From: Bacteriovoracaceae bacterium | GTDB lineage: Bacteria; Bdellovibrionota; Bacteriovoracia; Bacteriovoracales; Bacteriovoracaceae | DNA: 19,854 nt | Assembly: GCA_041586955.1 (NCBI GenBank) | Contig: JBFGZE010000065.1 | Coordinates: 1-19,854, forward strand | Reading direction: 5' to 3' | Shown: positions 8,442-16,991 of the stretch, in pieces | Position numbering within the stretch: the stretch's first letter is position 1 | How the letters are laid out: each line of letters starts with the position of its first letter | Made by a program: the position numbers and the translations under genes | The notes under the pieces: generated by a model | The model's input: only the letters and a program-made list of their open reading frames with translations | Told to the model about the DNA's origin: nothing | Database searches by the model: none

Positions 8442-9407
8442 ATGAAATTAATCACAACTTTGTTTTTATCATTCTTTATTCAATCGCTTTTTGCGGTTAC
8501 GTTAAAGGTAGGCGTTCTTGCTCCTGATGGGACTAATTGGGCCAAGAATATGAAGGCCATGGCCAAAGAAATCCGTAAGGCGACCAATAAGCAAGTAAAA
8601 ATTAAATTTTACTTTGGAGGATCGCAGGGGGACGAGCACGATGTTCTTCGCAAGATCCGTGTCGGTCAATTACACGGAGGTATGTTTACGGGGAAAACTC
8701 TTGGCGATATCAACGGTGATGTGAGAGTGATGGAAATTCCTTTTACTTTTGGTGGTGATAGAGAGAAGGCCTGGAATACCTTGGTTAAATTATCTCCCTA
8801 TTTCAATAACACCTTTAAAAACAAAGAATTTGTCAATTTAGGGTTTTTTGAAATTGGTATGGTGTACTTTGTCTCCCAAAAAGAAACGCCGAATATTAAA
8901 AGCTTAGGAGGCGTTAAAATTTGGTCCTGGGAAGGTGATAAATTAGTCAGTTCGATGATTGAAGCCATGAATCTGGTTTCTGTTCCATTGCCTCTTCCAG
9001 ATGTCCTGAGCTCCTTGTCTACTGGAATTATTCACGCTGCTTATGCCCCGCCAATGGGAATGGTGGCCCTTCAATGGAATACCAAAATTAAATACCTTTT
9101 AGATTTTCCACTATCATTTTCAATTGGAGCATTCCTGGTAAATCAAAAAGCATGGGCGAAGGTGACTCCCGAGCACCAGAAAGTTGTGAATGAGATTGCC
9201 AGTCGTTATATATCCAAGGTGAACGATGCCAATAAAGATGATAATGTCGCGGCACTTGATTCCATGAAATCTTTGGGAGTTAAATTTCTCAAATTTCCAG
9301 AGACTGATGTTGCTAAGGCAAAGCTGATTCGCGATAAAGTAAAGCAGAACTTAACAGGAAAGCTGTATAGTGCAGAGGCCTTGAAAAAATTAGAAAGCCT
9401 TCTTTAA
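8442..9407 (+). CDS. dctP: TRAP transporter substrate-binding protein DctP (TatP-type)
   Basis: Signal peptide; TLKVGVLAPDGTNW, FYFGGSQGDEHDVLRKIRVGQLHG, VPLPLPDVLSSLSTGII, ALQW motifs. Confidence 0.93.
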   Translation: MKLITTLFLSFFIQSLFAVTLKVGVLAPDGTNWAKNMKAMAKEIRKATNKQVKIKFYFGGSQGDEHDVLRKIRVGQLHGGMFTGKTLGDINGDVRVMEIPFTFGGDREKAWNTLVKLSPYFNNTFKNKEFVNLGFFEIGMVYFVSQKETPNIKSLGGVKIWSWEGDKLVSSMIEAMNLVSVPLPLPDVLSSLSTGIIHAAYAPPMGMVALQWNTKIKYLLDFPLSFSIGAFLVNQKAWAKVTPEHQKVVNEIASRYISKVNDANKDDNVAALDSMKSLGVKFLKFPETDVAKAKLIRDKVKQNLTGKLYSAEALKKLESLL

Positions 9408-9419
9408 AGGAGAGTCGTT

Positions 9420-9908
9420 TTGTTTCGCGTTATTAGAAAGTTTGACCTTCTTATTGAGAGTTTTGCGAAATATGCCCTGGTCTTCTGTGTCTTTGGCATG
9501 CTCAGTATCAGTGTTCTCAGTATCGTGTTGCGCTGGTTTGAATTTACCTTTCAATGGTTTGAGCCATTAGTTCGTCATTTGGTTTTTATCAGCGCTTTTT
9601 TAGGCGGTGTTATGGCGACGGGGAATAAAACCCATATCGGTATTGATATTATTGGTAAGTACCTAGAGTCCAAAGGCAATGAGAAGGCCTTAATATGGAT
9701 TGAGAGAGTTGTTTCTTTGGCCTCTGCCGTAACTTTAATCTGGCTAACGAATGCCTGTATCAAATTTGTCGGGGTTGAGGCGATATATGGAAAGGAAGTT
9801 TTTCTGGGGATTCATAGCAAATTCTTAGTGGGAATCATTCCGGTTGGATTTTCACTCATTAGTTTACGCTTTTTCAATTTATTGATTTGTTCGTTTGATA
9901 GGGATTAA
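9420..9908 (+). CDS. dctQ: TRAP transporter small permease DctQ
   Basis: 162 aa with four hydrophobic segments; WFEPLVRHLVF..AFLGGVMAT..KTHIGIDII. TTG start with AAGGAG RBS. Confidence 0.92.
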   Translation: MFRVIRKFDLLIESFAKYALVFCVFGMLSISVLSIVLRWFEFTFQWFEPLVRHLVFISAFLGGVMATGNKTHIGIDIIGKYLESKGNEKALIWIERVVSLASAVTLIWLTNACIKFVGVEAIYGKEVFLGIHSKFLVGIIPVGFSLISLRFFNLLICSFDRD

Positions 9909-9920
9909 AAGGTAGGAAAT

Positions 9921-11183
9921 ATGGAAGTGACCGCTGCCCTTGGTATTTTTGCTCTCGCCATTTTAGGCACACCTTTATTTGTAATTATGGCCCTCGCCGC
10001 GATGGTTGCTTTTAGTTTTACAGATGTTCAACTCTCGGCAATTGGCATTGAGATTTATAAAATATCTAGTCAGGCATCTATACTGACAATTCCTCTTTTT
10101 ACTTTTGCCGGCTATATGATGGCGGAGTCGAAGTCTCCAAATCGACTTTTGCGTTTAGCTGATGCGGCCTTGGGCTGGTTACCTGGTGGCATCGCAATTG
10201 TCTCGTTAGTGATTTGCGCTTTTTTTACCGCCTTCACCGGTGCTAGTGGGGTAACCATTATTGCTCTCGGAGGCCTACTTTACCCCATTTTAAAGAATGA
10301 AGGTTATAGCGAAGATTTTAGTCTCGGGCTTATTACCACTTCTGGTTCACTGGGACTTTTATTTCCACCAAGTTTACCGCTTATCCTCTACGGGTTAGTG
10401 GCAAAAGTCGATATCGATCAATTATTTAAAGCGGGTATTATTCCCGGAATTCTTTTGATTGTGATTCTCTCTTTATGGTCCATCAAAAATGGGAATGCTC
10501 AAAGGGAACGCAAGAAGTTTTCACTTCAAGAATTGATCTCGGCCTTAAAGGCCTCCTGGTTAGAAGCCATTTTACCGATTGGTGTTTTGGTGGGGATTTA
10601 TGGTGGATTTACCACGACGACAGAAGCGGCAGCAATGACGGCATTCTATATTTTTATTATTGAAGTGTTTGTTTATAAAGATTTAAGCCTAACAAAAGAT
10701 ATTCCTAAAGTTATCTGGGATAGCATGTCCCTGGTGGGAGGTATCTTATTGATTCTTTGTTGTGCTTTAGGTCTTACGAATTATTTGGTGGATGAAGAGA
10801 TCCCCATGATGATCCTCGATTTTATGAGAGAGTTTTTATCGAATAAATACTCTTTCCTACTTTTCCTCAATCTGTTTTTATTGATTGTTGGTGCCATGAT
10901 GGATATTTTTAGTGCTATCATCGTGGTTGTTCCTTTGATTGTTCCCATTGCTGCGGAATTTGATGTGCACCCAGTCCACTTGGCCATCATCTTTTTAACT
11001 AATTTGGAAATTGGTTATATTACTCCGCCTGTCGGTATTAATCTTTTTATCTCAAGCTTTCGCTTTAAAAGGCCGGTGACCGATCTCTATCGCTCATCAT
11101 TTCCCTTTTTATTATTATTATTAGTAGCACTTTTAATAATTACTTATGTTCCGCAATTAAGTCTGGTTTGGATAGGTGAGTGA
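9921..11183 (+). CDS. dctM: TRAP transporter large permease DctM
   Basis: LTIPLFTFAGYMM, FTAFTGASGVTIIALGG, GSLGLLFPPSLPLILYG, PVHLAIIFLTNLEIGYITPPVGINLF. Confidence 0.96.
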   Translation: MEVTAALGIFALAILGTPLFVIMALAAMVAFSFTDVQLSAIGIEIYKISSQASILTIPLFTFAGYMMAESKSPNRLLRLADAALGWLPGGIAIVSLVICAFFTAFTGASGVTIIALGGLLYPILKNEGYSEDFSLGLITTSGSLGLLFPPSLPLILYGLVAKVDIDQLFKAGIIPGILLIVILSLWSIKNGNAQRERKKFSLQELISALKASWLEAILPIGVLVGIYGGFTTTTEAAAMTAFYIFIIEVFVYKDLSLTKDIPKVIWDSMSLVGGILLILCCALGLTNYLVDEEIPMMILDFMREFLSNKYSFLLFLNLFLLIVGAMMDIFSAIIVVVPLIVPIAAEFDVHPVHLAIIFLTNLEIGYITPPVGINLFISSFRFKRPVTDLYRSSFPFLLLLLVALLIITYVPQLSLVWIGE

Positions 11184-12811
11184 TTGGTACGACACGATTA
11201 GTTCTTCTCTTTTTTATAATATTGAGCTCCAGAAACTTCTACGCTTCTGATTATACAAATCAGGCGCTTCTTGGTGAGCGCAATACCAAACTTTATTACG
11301 GTCCTTTAAATCCAGATATTCACACTCATCGTAATACCGGTCGAACCCAACTTAAAGATCATCTTTTTTATGAAAATTATCTCTATCAAGAAACTTCGCC
11401 GCAGGCATTTGATATTTATCAATTTTGGGATAAAGATCTTCTGTCCCTACAAAATTGCGCTAACCCCATCCTTGCCCAAAATATTCAATATTTTCGTTAT
11501 CTTTTTCGCTTACAAAATTTAAGCTACCTTTTCGAAAGTTTAAAAGAGGTGCGCATCGAACAATTTCGTTGGGGTCAAAAGAAAAACCTCTGTGATATAT
11601 CATGGCGCGCAACTTTTTCGAAATGTCGCCCTCGTTCTACGGATATGAAAAATTATGTGCGTCGACTCAAACACCGTTATTTAGTTGATTTTAATATCTT
11701 GGATTATTTCCGCTATACGCCAGCAGATATGAGGTCCCATTTTCAAAAAATGAATAAAAGACTTAAATCTTACCGTGATGTTAATACATTATTGGACCTC
11801 TATCTTTTCGAAGATATTATAAGTCGTAAAAAAAATCTCAGTGAAAAGTCGATTCTTAAATCATTGGACAATCGTTGTGTTCAAATTAAAAAAACCATGG
11901 GCCTTATTTGCAATGAAGAGGATGAGCTCTATGGCCTTAGTTATTTATCCTTACCACTTGAATTATTACAACAAAGTCATATCAAGTCTGTCATTAATCA
12001 AGGGGGTGTCGGTCAACAATGTTTATCAAGATACTCCCAAATCTTTAGTGAGAAGGAGCAGGTGAGTTCACTCTTGGCCAAAATTTATCCTCTGGTACAC
12101 TTTAAATTAAAGGCATCTAAGGGCCGTTATATTCAGGGGACCATGTTTATTCCCGGATCCTTAAGAGAGTTTGAACAAAAAGGACTTGGTGATTTTATCT
12201 TTGCCGAAAATAAACCGAAGGAGGCGCCGACTCCATTGCCACTACCGACAATTGCTCCCAAAGTGGTTCCGACTCCCAAACCGGCGCCTACGCCTAAGCC
12301 TAAAATTATTGTGAAACGTAAGGTTGTTCCGCCAGCTCCTCCTAAATTAAGTGCTTTTGAAATCGCCTACCAGAAGTTGGTTAACCTTAATCTCGATCGT
12401 GCGGCCGTGGATATGATTGACTTTAGAGATGACCTTTCGATCACTCCAAAGATTAGTCAAATATTAAAAAAACCGATCCAAAGTTTTCAAACTCAAGTGG
12501 CACTTAAGGACATGAAAAAATTTGATGGACTAGGGAGCGAGAAGGAACCTTTTCGACTTTTTTATATCAAATACCTGATCGACCTCAAGCAGCATCACGC
12601 CCTTTGGAATATTCAAACCGTTCTCGGTGAGAAATTTTATATGGTTAATGATATCGATAAAAAGAAAAATGCTGTTTATATTGAATTAAAAAATGATGAG
12701 CAAACGGGGAACCAATGGCAAATTACCTTGATTAACGATAAAGAGTTGAAGAATAAAAAGACCATTAAGACAAAGAAGAATAAAATAAAAAAAATGGGGC
12801 CAAAAAAATGA
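11180..12811 (+). CDS. Exported hypothetical protein with Cys-containing N-domain, Pro-rich linker and C-terminal domain
   Basis: 543-aa ORF with GTGA overlap on the dctM stop, hydrophobic N-terminus, six Cys before the linker EAPTPLPLPTIAPKVVPTPKPAPTPKPK, Lys-rich tail. Confidence 0.8.
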   Translation: MIGTTRLVLLFFIILSSRNFYASDYTNQALLGERNTKLYYGPLNPDIHTHRNTGRTQLKDHLFYENYLYQETSPQAFDIYQFWDKDLLSLQNCANPILAQNIQYFRYLFRLQNLSYLFESLKEVRIEQFRWGQKKNLCDISWRATFSKCRPRSTDMKNYVRRLKHRYLVDFNILDYFRYTPADMRSHFQKMNKRLKSYRDVNTLLDLYLFEDIISRKKNLSEKSILKSLDNRCVQIKKTMGLICNEEDELYGLSYLSLPLELLQQSHIKSVINQGGVGQQCLSRYSQIFSEKEQVSSLLAKIYPLVHFKLKASKGRYIQGTMFIPGSLREFEQKGLGDFIFAENKPKEAPTPLPLPTIAPKVVPTPKPAPTPKPKIIVKRKVVPPAPPKLSAFEIAYQKLVNLNLDRAAVDMIDFRDDLSITPKISQILKKPIQSFQTQVALKDMKKFDGLGSEKEPFRLFYIKYLIDLKQHHALWNIQTVLGEKFYMVNDIDKKKNAVYIELKNDEQTGNQWQITLINDKELKNKKTIKTKKNKIKKMGPKK

Positions 12812-12817
12812 CCCCAT
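12787..12817 (-). terminator. Intrinsic terminator of the lipoprotein gene
   Basis: Minus strand ATGGGGTCA-TTTTT-TGGCCCCAT followed by a U tract, 25 nt after the stop at 12843. Confidence 0.8.
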
Positions 12818-12842
12818 CCTTAATTTCTAAAAACTTTATGAA

Positions 12843-13487
12843 TTAATATTTTTCAGAAAGCTTCTTTAATCTCTTTTCGACAGATTTACTGACATCAAGA
12901 AGAAGAAGAACCCCTGAATTCTCACCATTTTGGTCAGGGCCAACAAGAGAAATATTACCCATTCTCTTGCTACCTGTATAGTAACGACCTGTTATAATGG
13001 TACTTCCGATATCCATTTTTGTAGGAACGAAAACGCCAAATACTTTTGGCCCAATATAAAAAGTCATGCCATGGAATTTTTCAATAGAGAAGGCCACTGA
13101 AGGTAGTGATCCGGAGGCCACTCCAGGAAGAGCACGTCCACCAGGAAGTTTTTCAGAAGGAAGATTTTGTAATCTAGAGTCAAAGATATCATCTAAAGAT
13201 ACCGACATAGACATTAAAGTACCTGCTGATTCATAATCGGGCTCAATGGCAACGTATGAATTTGGATATTTTGGGACATTATATCGAAGACCACCTTCGA
13301 GAGTAATGTTTTCAAATACCATCGAAATAAGAAGATTATCCTTATCTAAATGAAGTGCCGGTCCATCAACCCCTGGAATATCCATATTTTTTTTACTATC
13401 CCCGCAAGAGGTCGTAAATAGTGACATCGTCACTATGAATAGGCCGATGATGAGGTTGCGTGAACGCGAGTAAGTAATTCTAGTCAT
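12843..13487 (-). CDS. Hypothetical lipoprotein
   Basis: Basic N-region, hydrophobic stretch and lipobox-like FTTS-C-G. Beta-rich, Gly/Pro-rich body (LPGGRALPGVASGSLP). GGGGA RBS and own terminator. Confidence 0.85.
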   Translation of the reverse strand: MTRITYSRSRNLIIGLFIVTMSLFTTSCGDSKKNMDIPGVDGPALHLDKDNLLISMVFENITLEGGLRYNVPKYPNSYVAIEPDYESAGTLMSMSVSLDDIFDSRLQNLPSEKLPGGRALPGVASGSLPSVAFSIEKFHGMTFYIGPKVFGVFVPTKMDIGSTIITGRYYTGSKRMGNISLVGPDQNGENSGVLLLLDVSKSVEKRLKKLSEKY

Positions 13488-13638
13488 AATAATTCCCCAA
13501 AAAAACGGTGTTTTTTTGAAGCCTTGATTTTGGTAACAAAAGACGGACAGAGAGAGCAGACGTACGACCCAAAACCTAAGGAATAATTTGTTTCTTAAAA
13601 AATTAGTTTAAAAAAAATTTAATTTCCAATCAACAGAC

Positions 13639-13666
13639 CTTTCGGATTAGATTTTTGATAGCTTTA
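13639..13666 (-). promoter_or_regulatory. Putative sigma28 promoter for the lipoprotein gene
   Basis: Minus strand TAAA-N16-TCCGAAAG (TAAAG at -35) in an AT-rich intergenic region. Confidence 0.5.
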
Positions 13667-13847
13667 GTAGAGAATAAAAAAAAAGTTAAATCTTTAATTT
13701 TAAAGAAAAGAATTAAGAATCGGAAAAATTAACCTCTAAATGCCAGTTTTTTGGAGTAATGGTCAAAATATGCCCACCAAAGATGGCATCTTTCGCCAGG
13801 GCCTTTAAAAAGATTCAATTTATTTTAAAATTAAAACAGGAGTATTA

Positions 13848-14195
13848 ATGCGAATAGGAAGTTCACATTTCATGGGATCTCTTTCAAGGACATCACAAGA
13901 AGTCTCAGAAGAGCCTATACTCGAGGCTCCGAGTGATTCTGAAATCCGCGCTAAGATCGCGTTGAAAGAAAAAGAGAAGGAACTAGAAGTTAAAAATGCA
14001 GTGAAAAAAAAACCTCTAGTATCGATTCAAAAAGAAATAGGAGAAGATGAGGCCAAGGCATCAGGCGCAATTGGTCTTAATGATCCCAATAATCCCGAGA
14101 CCCATGAAAAGTTAAAAAGTATTTTAAAGGCGGGAGCTTTTAATTTTTCGGAAAAAGAGAAAAAAGCGCTTTCTTCAATTTTAGGATCTAATTAG
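13848..14195 (+). CDS. Hypothetical protein, charged/disordered N-part with FlgM-like C-terminal pattern
   Basis: AGGAG RBS, 115 aa, C-terminal EKLKSILKAGAFNFSEKEKKALSSIL. Stop overlaps the convergent DHH gene stop. The ORF is well supported; the function is speculative. Confidence 0.75.
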   Translation: MRIGSSHFMGSLSRTSQEVSEEPILEAPSDSEIRAKIALKEKEKELEVKNAVKKKPLVSIQKEIGEDEAKASGAIGLNDPNNPETHEKLKSILKAGAFNFSEKEKKALSSILGSN

Positions 14196-15169
14196 CTCAG
14201 CATAATCTTTAGTTTTTCAACAGTGTCTTTAATGACATCATCTAATTGACCTTCAATCAAAGTCGCTGCTGAATGGCCATGACCTCCGCCACCAAGTGCC
14301 TGAGCGATATTACCAACATCGGTCTCACCAGCGCTGCGAAAGCTAATTTTGACCATTTTCCCAATCTGACGAAACATACAGGCCACTTCGATTTGATCGA
14401 GAATCAATAGGTGGTTGATAAAACCATGGGTATCTTCTGGGTCAACATCGTGTAGGTCTAGTGACTCTTCAGACAATTTCATCCAGGAGATGCGACCACC
14501 GAGACAGGATTCGGCACTACTTAAAACGATTCCCAATAATTGCATATAGGAAATTTGCTTAGTGCCATATATATAATTATAGGCCTTCGGTGGTTCAATA
14601 CCTGTTGCTAATAGCTTAGAAATGAGAAGGTGAGTATTTGCTGAAACTGTGGGGTAGCGAAAGGAGCTGGTATCAATAATAATTGATGTATATAAAGGCA
14701 AGGCCAATTCCTGATTGAAGGGCACACCTAAACTTTCAATGAGCCAGCCAACTAATTCACCTGTAGCGGCCATATTGGTATCAATACAATGAATGGCGGC
14801 CAGTTCTTTAGGACAGGGGTGATGATCGACGAAAAGAAGATTTTTCGAACCTTGCACCAAGGTTTTGACATCATGGCCAATTCTCTCGAGAGAGTTGGTG
14901 TCTGTGACAATAAATAGATCAATTTCTGAATCTTTAAATTGCTCTTGGTATGTGGCATAAGAAATGACTACATCACGTGGGTCGAGGTATTTATAGCGCT
15001 CCATTAAAGGTTCTTGATTGACACATACGGCCTTTTTGCCCATATCTTGCAATGCCATACAGAGTGCGATTTCGCTTCCAATACCGTCTGCATCAGGATG
15101 GATATGAGTTGTAATAACAATTGTTTCGGACTTGGCGACTAGCCCTTGGAATAGTTTGATCATTTTCAT
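14192..15169 (-). CDS. nrnA: DHH/DHHA1 phosphoesterase (NrnA-like oligoribonuclease/pAp phosphatase)
   Basis: Motifs TTHIHPDADGIGS, VTD, FVDHH, DTSSFRY, KISFRS, LGGGGHGHSAA. Start likely ATG 15169 or 15163 rather than 15229. Confidence 0.9.
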   Translation of the reverse strand: MKMIKLFQGLVAKSETIVITTHIHPDADGIGSEIALCMALQDMGKKAVCVNQEPLMERYKYLDPRDVVISYATYQEQFKDSEIDLFIVTDTNSLERIGHDVKTLVQGSKNLLFVDHHPCPKELAAIHCIDTNMAATGELVGWLIESLGVPFNQELALPLYTSIIIDTSSFRYPTVSANTHLLISKLLATGIEPPKAYNYIYGTKQISYMQLLGIVLSSAESCLGGRISWMKLSEESLDLHDVDPEDTHGFINHLLILDQIEVACMFRQIGKMVKISFRSAGETDVGNIAQALGGGGHGHSAATLIEGQLDDVIKDTVEKLKIMLS

Positions 15170-15236
15170 AATCTTCTTTTCGTCTATTTTCGAAAATAAA
15201 TAAAGTAAATAAATACTGACTTCACCCATCTTGTAT

Positions 15237-15266
15237 TTGTTAATCCAAAATGAGTCTTGCTAGAAT
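15237..15266 (+). promoter_or_regulatory. Putative sigma70 promoter of the ABC operon
   Basis: TTGTTA-N18-TAGAAT with an extended TG (TGcTAGAAT), 25 nt before ATG 15292. Confidence 0.55.
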
Positions 15267-15291
15267 AGGAGAACCAAGGAAGGAGCGTAAT

Positions 15292-16251
15292 ATGACTGTT
15301 ATAGTTGATCAGATAACTAAAGAATACCCTGGCGTTTTGGCCTTAGACCAGGCCAGCTTTAAAATCAAAAAAGGATCAATTCATGGATTCCTTGGGCCTA
15401 ATGGTGCTGGCAAATCAACCGCCATTAAAATTATGGCCAATTTAATAAGGCCTAATTCTGGTGAAGTCTATTATAAGGGTAAATCAATTCAATCATGGGG
15501 AAAGGGCATGGCCAAATTAATTGGTGTGCTACCTGAAGTTTTGCCCCTCTACGAATATATGCAAGTTAGGGAATACCTCAGCTTTGTCTTTGATCTTTTT
15601 TGTGATGAAAAAGTAAAACGCGAAAAATGGGTGCAGCAAACGATAGAGCGATGTGGTTTAGAGGCGATGCAAACGCGGATCATTGCTCATCTCTCTTCCG
15701 GTTATAAAAAGAAGGTCGGTATTGCCCAGGCGATCGTTCACCGACCTGAAATTATTATTCTCGATGAACCTACTTCTGCTCTGGATCCACATGCCATCTT
15801 GGAGGTAAGGCGCTTAATTCAAGACTTGGCCTGTGATCACACCATTTTTCTCTCTTCTCACCAATTAAAGGAGATGGAGCAATTATGTGACGAAGTCACG
15901 ATTATTGAAAAAGGTCGGGTTTTGACTTCGGGACCACTTTCAAGTTTGGCCAACCATTATCAGCGACAAATTATTATTAATGCCAAATGCAAGGTGTGGG
16001 ATACGGGCCTTGAGCAAAAGATTAAACGGCAATTCAATATTGAACGCATTGAACGGGAAGGGGATGAGCTCATGGGCCTTAATTTGAAGTTTTATTTTAC
16101 AAATAAAGGAGACCATTCGGCCACCATTGCTCAATTTATGGTGGAAAATAAATGTGGCCTGCAATCAATCAATGAAATTGAAATGGGACTTGAGGATATC
16201 TTTTGTCTGGCCACTGAAACCAAGACAGCGCAAGGGGAGATGAGACAATGA
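15292..16251 (+). CDS. ABC transporter ATP-binding protein (GldA-like, ABC-2 type)
   Basis: Walker A GPNGAGKST, signature LSSGYKKKVGIAQA, Walker B IIILDEP, H-loop SSH. AAGGAG RBS supports a start at 15292. Confidence 0.95.
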   Translation: MTVIVDQITKEYPGVLALDQASFKIKKGSIHGFLGPNGAGKSTAIKIMANLIRPNSGEVYYKGKSIQSWGKGMAKLIGVLPEVLPLYEYMQVREYLSFVFDLFCDEKVKREKWVQQTIERCGLEAMQTRIIAHLSSGYKKKVGIAQAIVHRPEIIILDEPTSALDPHAILEVRRLIQDLACDHTIFLSSHQLKEMEQLCDEVTIIEKGRVLTSGPLSSLANHYQRQIIINAKCKVWDTGLEQKIKRQFNIERIEREGDELMGLNLKFYFTNKGDHSATIAQFMVENKCGLQSINEIEMGLEDIFCLATETKTAQGEMRQ

Positions 16252-16991
16252 ATTTCATGCCTGGCCTAATGCTACTTTATAAAAAAGAATTACGTTATTA
16301 TTTTAAATCCCCATTGGTCTATATCGTGGGAGGCCTTTTTAGTTTATTAATGGGTTGGTTATTTTTTAATTATATGTTGGCGAGTAAAGAATATACCCCG
16401 CAATTAATTCTTCACGGTATTATCATTCCAGTCTTTGCCAATATGAATTTTATATTTCTCTTTCTCATCCCTTTATTAACGATGAAAGTCTTTTCTGAAG
16501 AGAGTAAGAATGGCACTTTGGATTTATTATTGCGTTCCAAGATGCGAACGATCGATATTATTATGGCCAAGTATTTGGCGATGGGAACTATTTGTTTTTT
16601 CCTGCTCTCTTTAACATTAATTTTTCCTATTATTTTATCATTTGCCGGGTTTGAGCAATGGCAAATTGTCATGAGTTGTTATTTAGGTGTAAGTTTATGC
16701 TTATTCTTTTATTTATCAATTGGCATCTTCGCCTCAAGCTTAACTGAAAATCAGGTATTGGCCTCCATTATCTCTTTTTGTATGCTGTTGTTTTTTGTCG
16801 TTTTAGTGGTGACAGGCCAGAATATGCCTAATTATATCGTCGGCCAAATTTTCCAATATCTAAGTCCACCTTTTCATTATGAGACATTTTTACGCGGTTC
16901 ATGGCGTAGTTTTAATTTCGCCTATTTCTTAAGTGGAATTGGCATTTTTCTCTATTCTACAAATATCTCTCTTAAGTCGAGGTCATGGTAA
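16248..16991 (+). CDS. ABC-2 type permease (GldF-like)
   Basis: KKELRYYFKSPLVY, PLLTMKVFSEESKNGTLDLLL, IGIFASSLTENQVLA; about six TM segments; ATGA overlap. Confidence 0.92.
   Translation: MNFMPGLMLLYKKELRYYFKSPLVYIVGGLFSLLMGWLFFNYMLASKEYTPQLILHGIIIPVFANMNFIFLFLIPLLTMKVFSEESKNGTLDLLLRSKMRTIDIIMAKYLAMGTICFFLLSLTLIFPIILSFAGFEQWQIVMSCYLGVSLCLFFYLSIGIFASSLTENQVLASIISFCMLLFFVVLVVTGQNMPNYIVGQIFQYLSPPFHYETFLRGSWRSFNFAYFLSGIGIFLYSTNISLKSRSW

Noticed and set aside
12220..12345. Pro-rich segment suggesting TonB
   Set aside because: The linker is internal, after a large N-domain, and I see no TonB C-terminal motif or exbBD neighbours.
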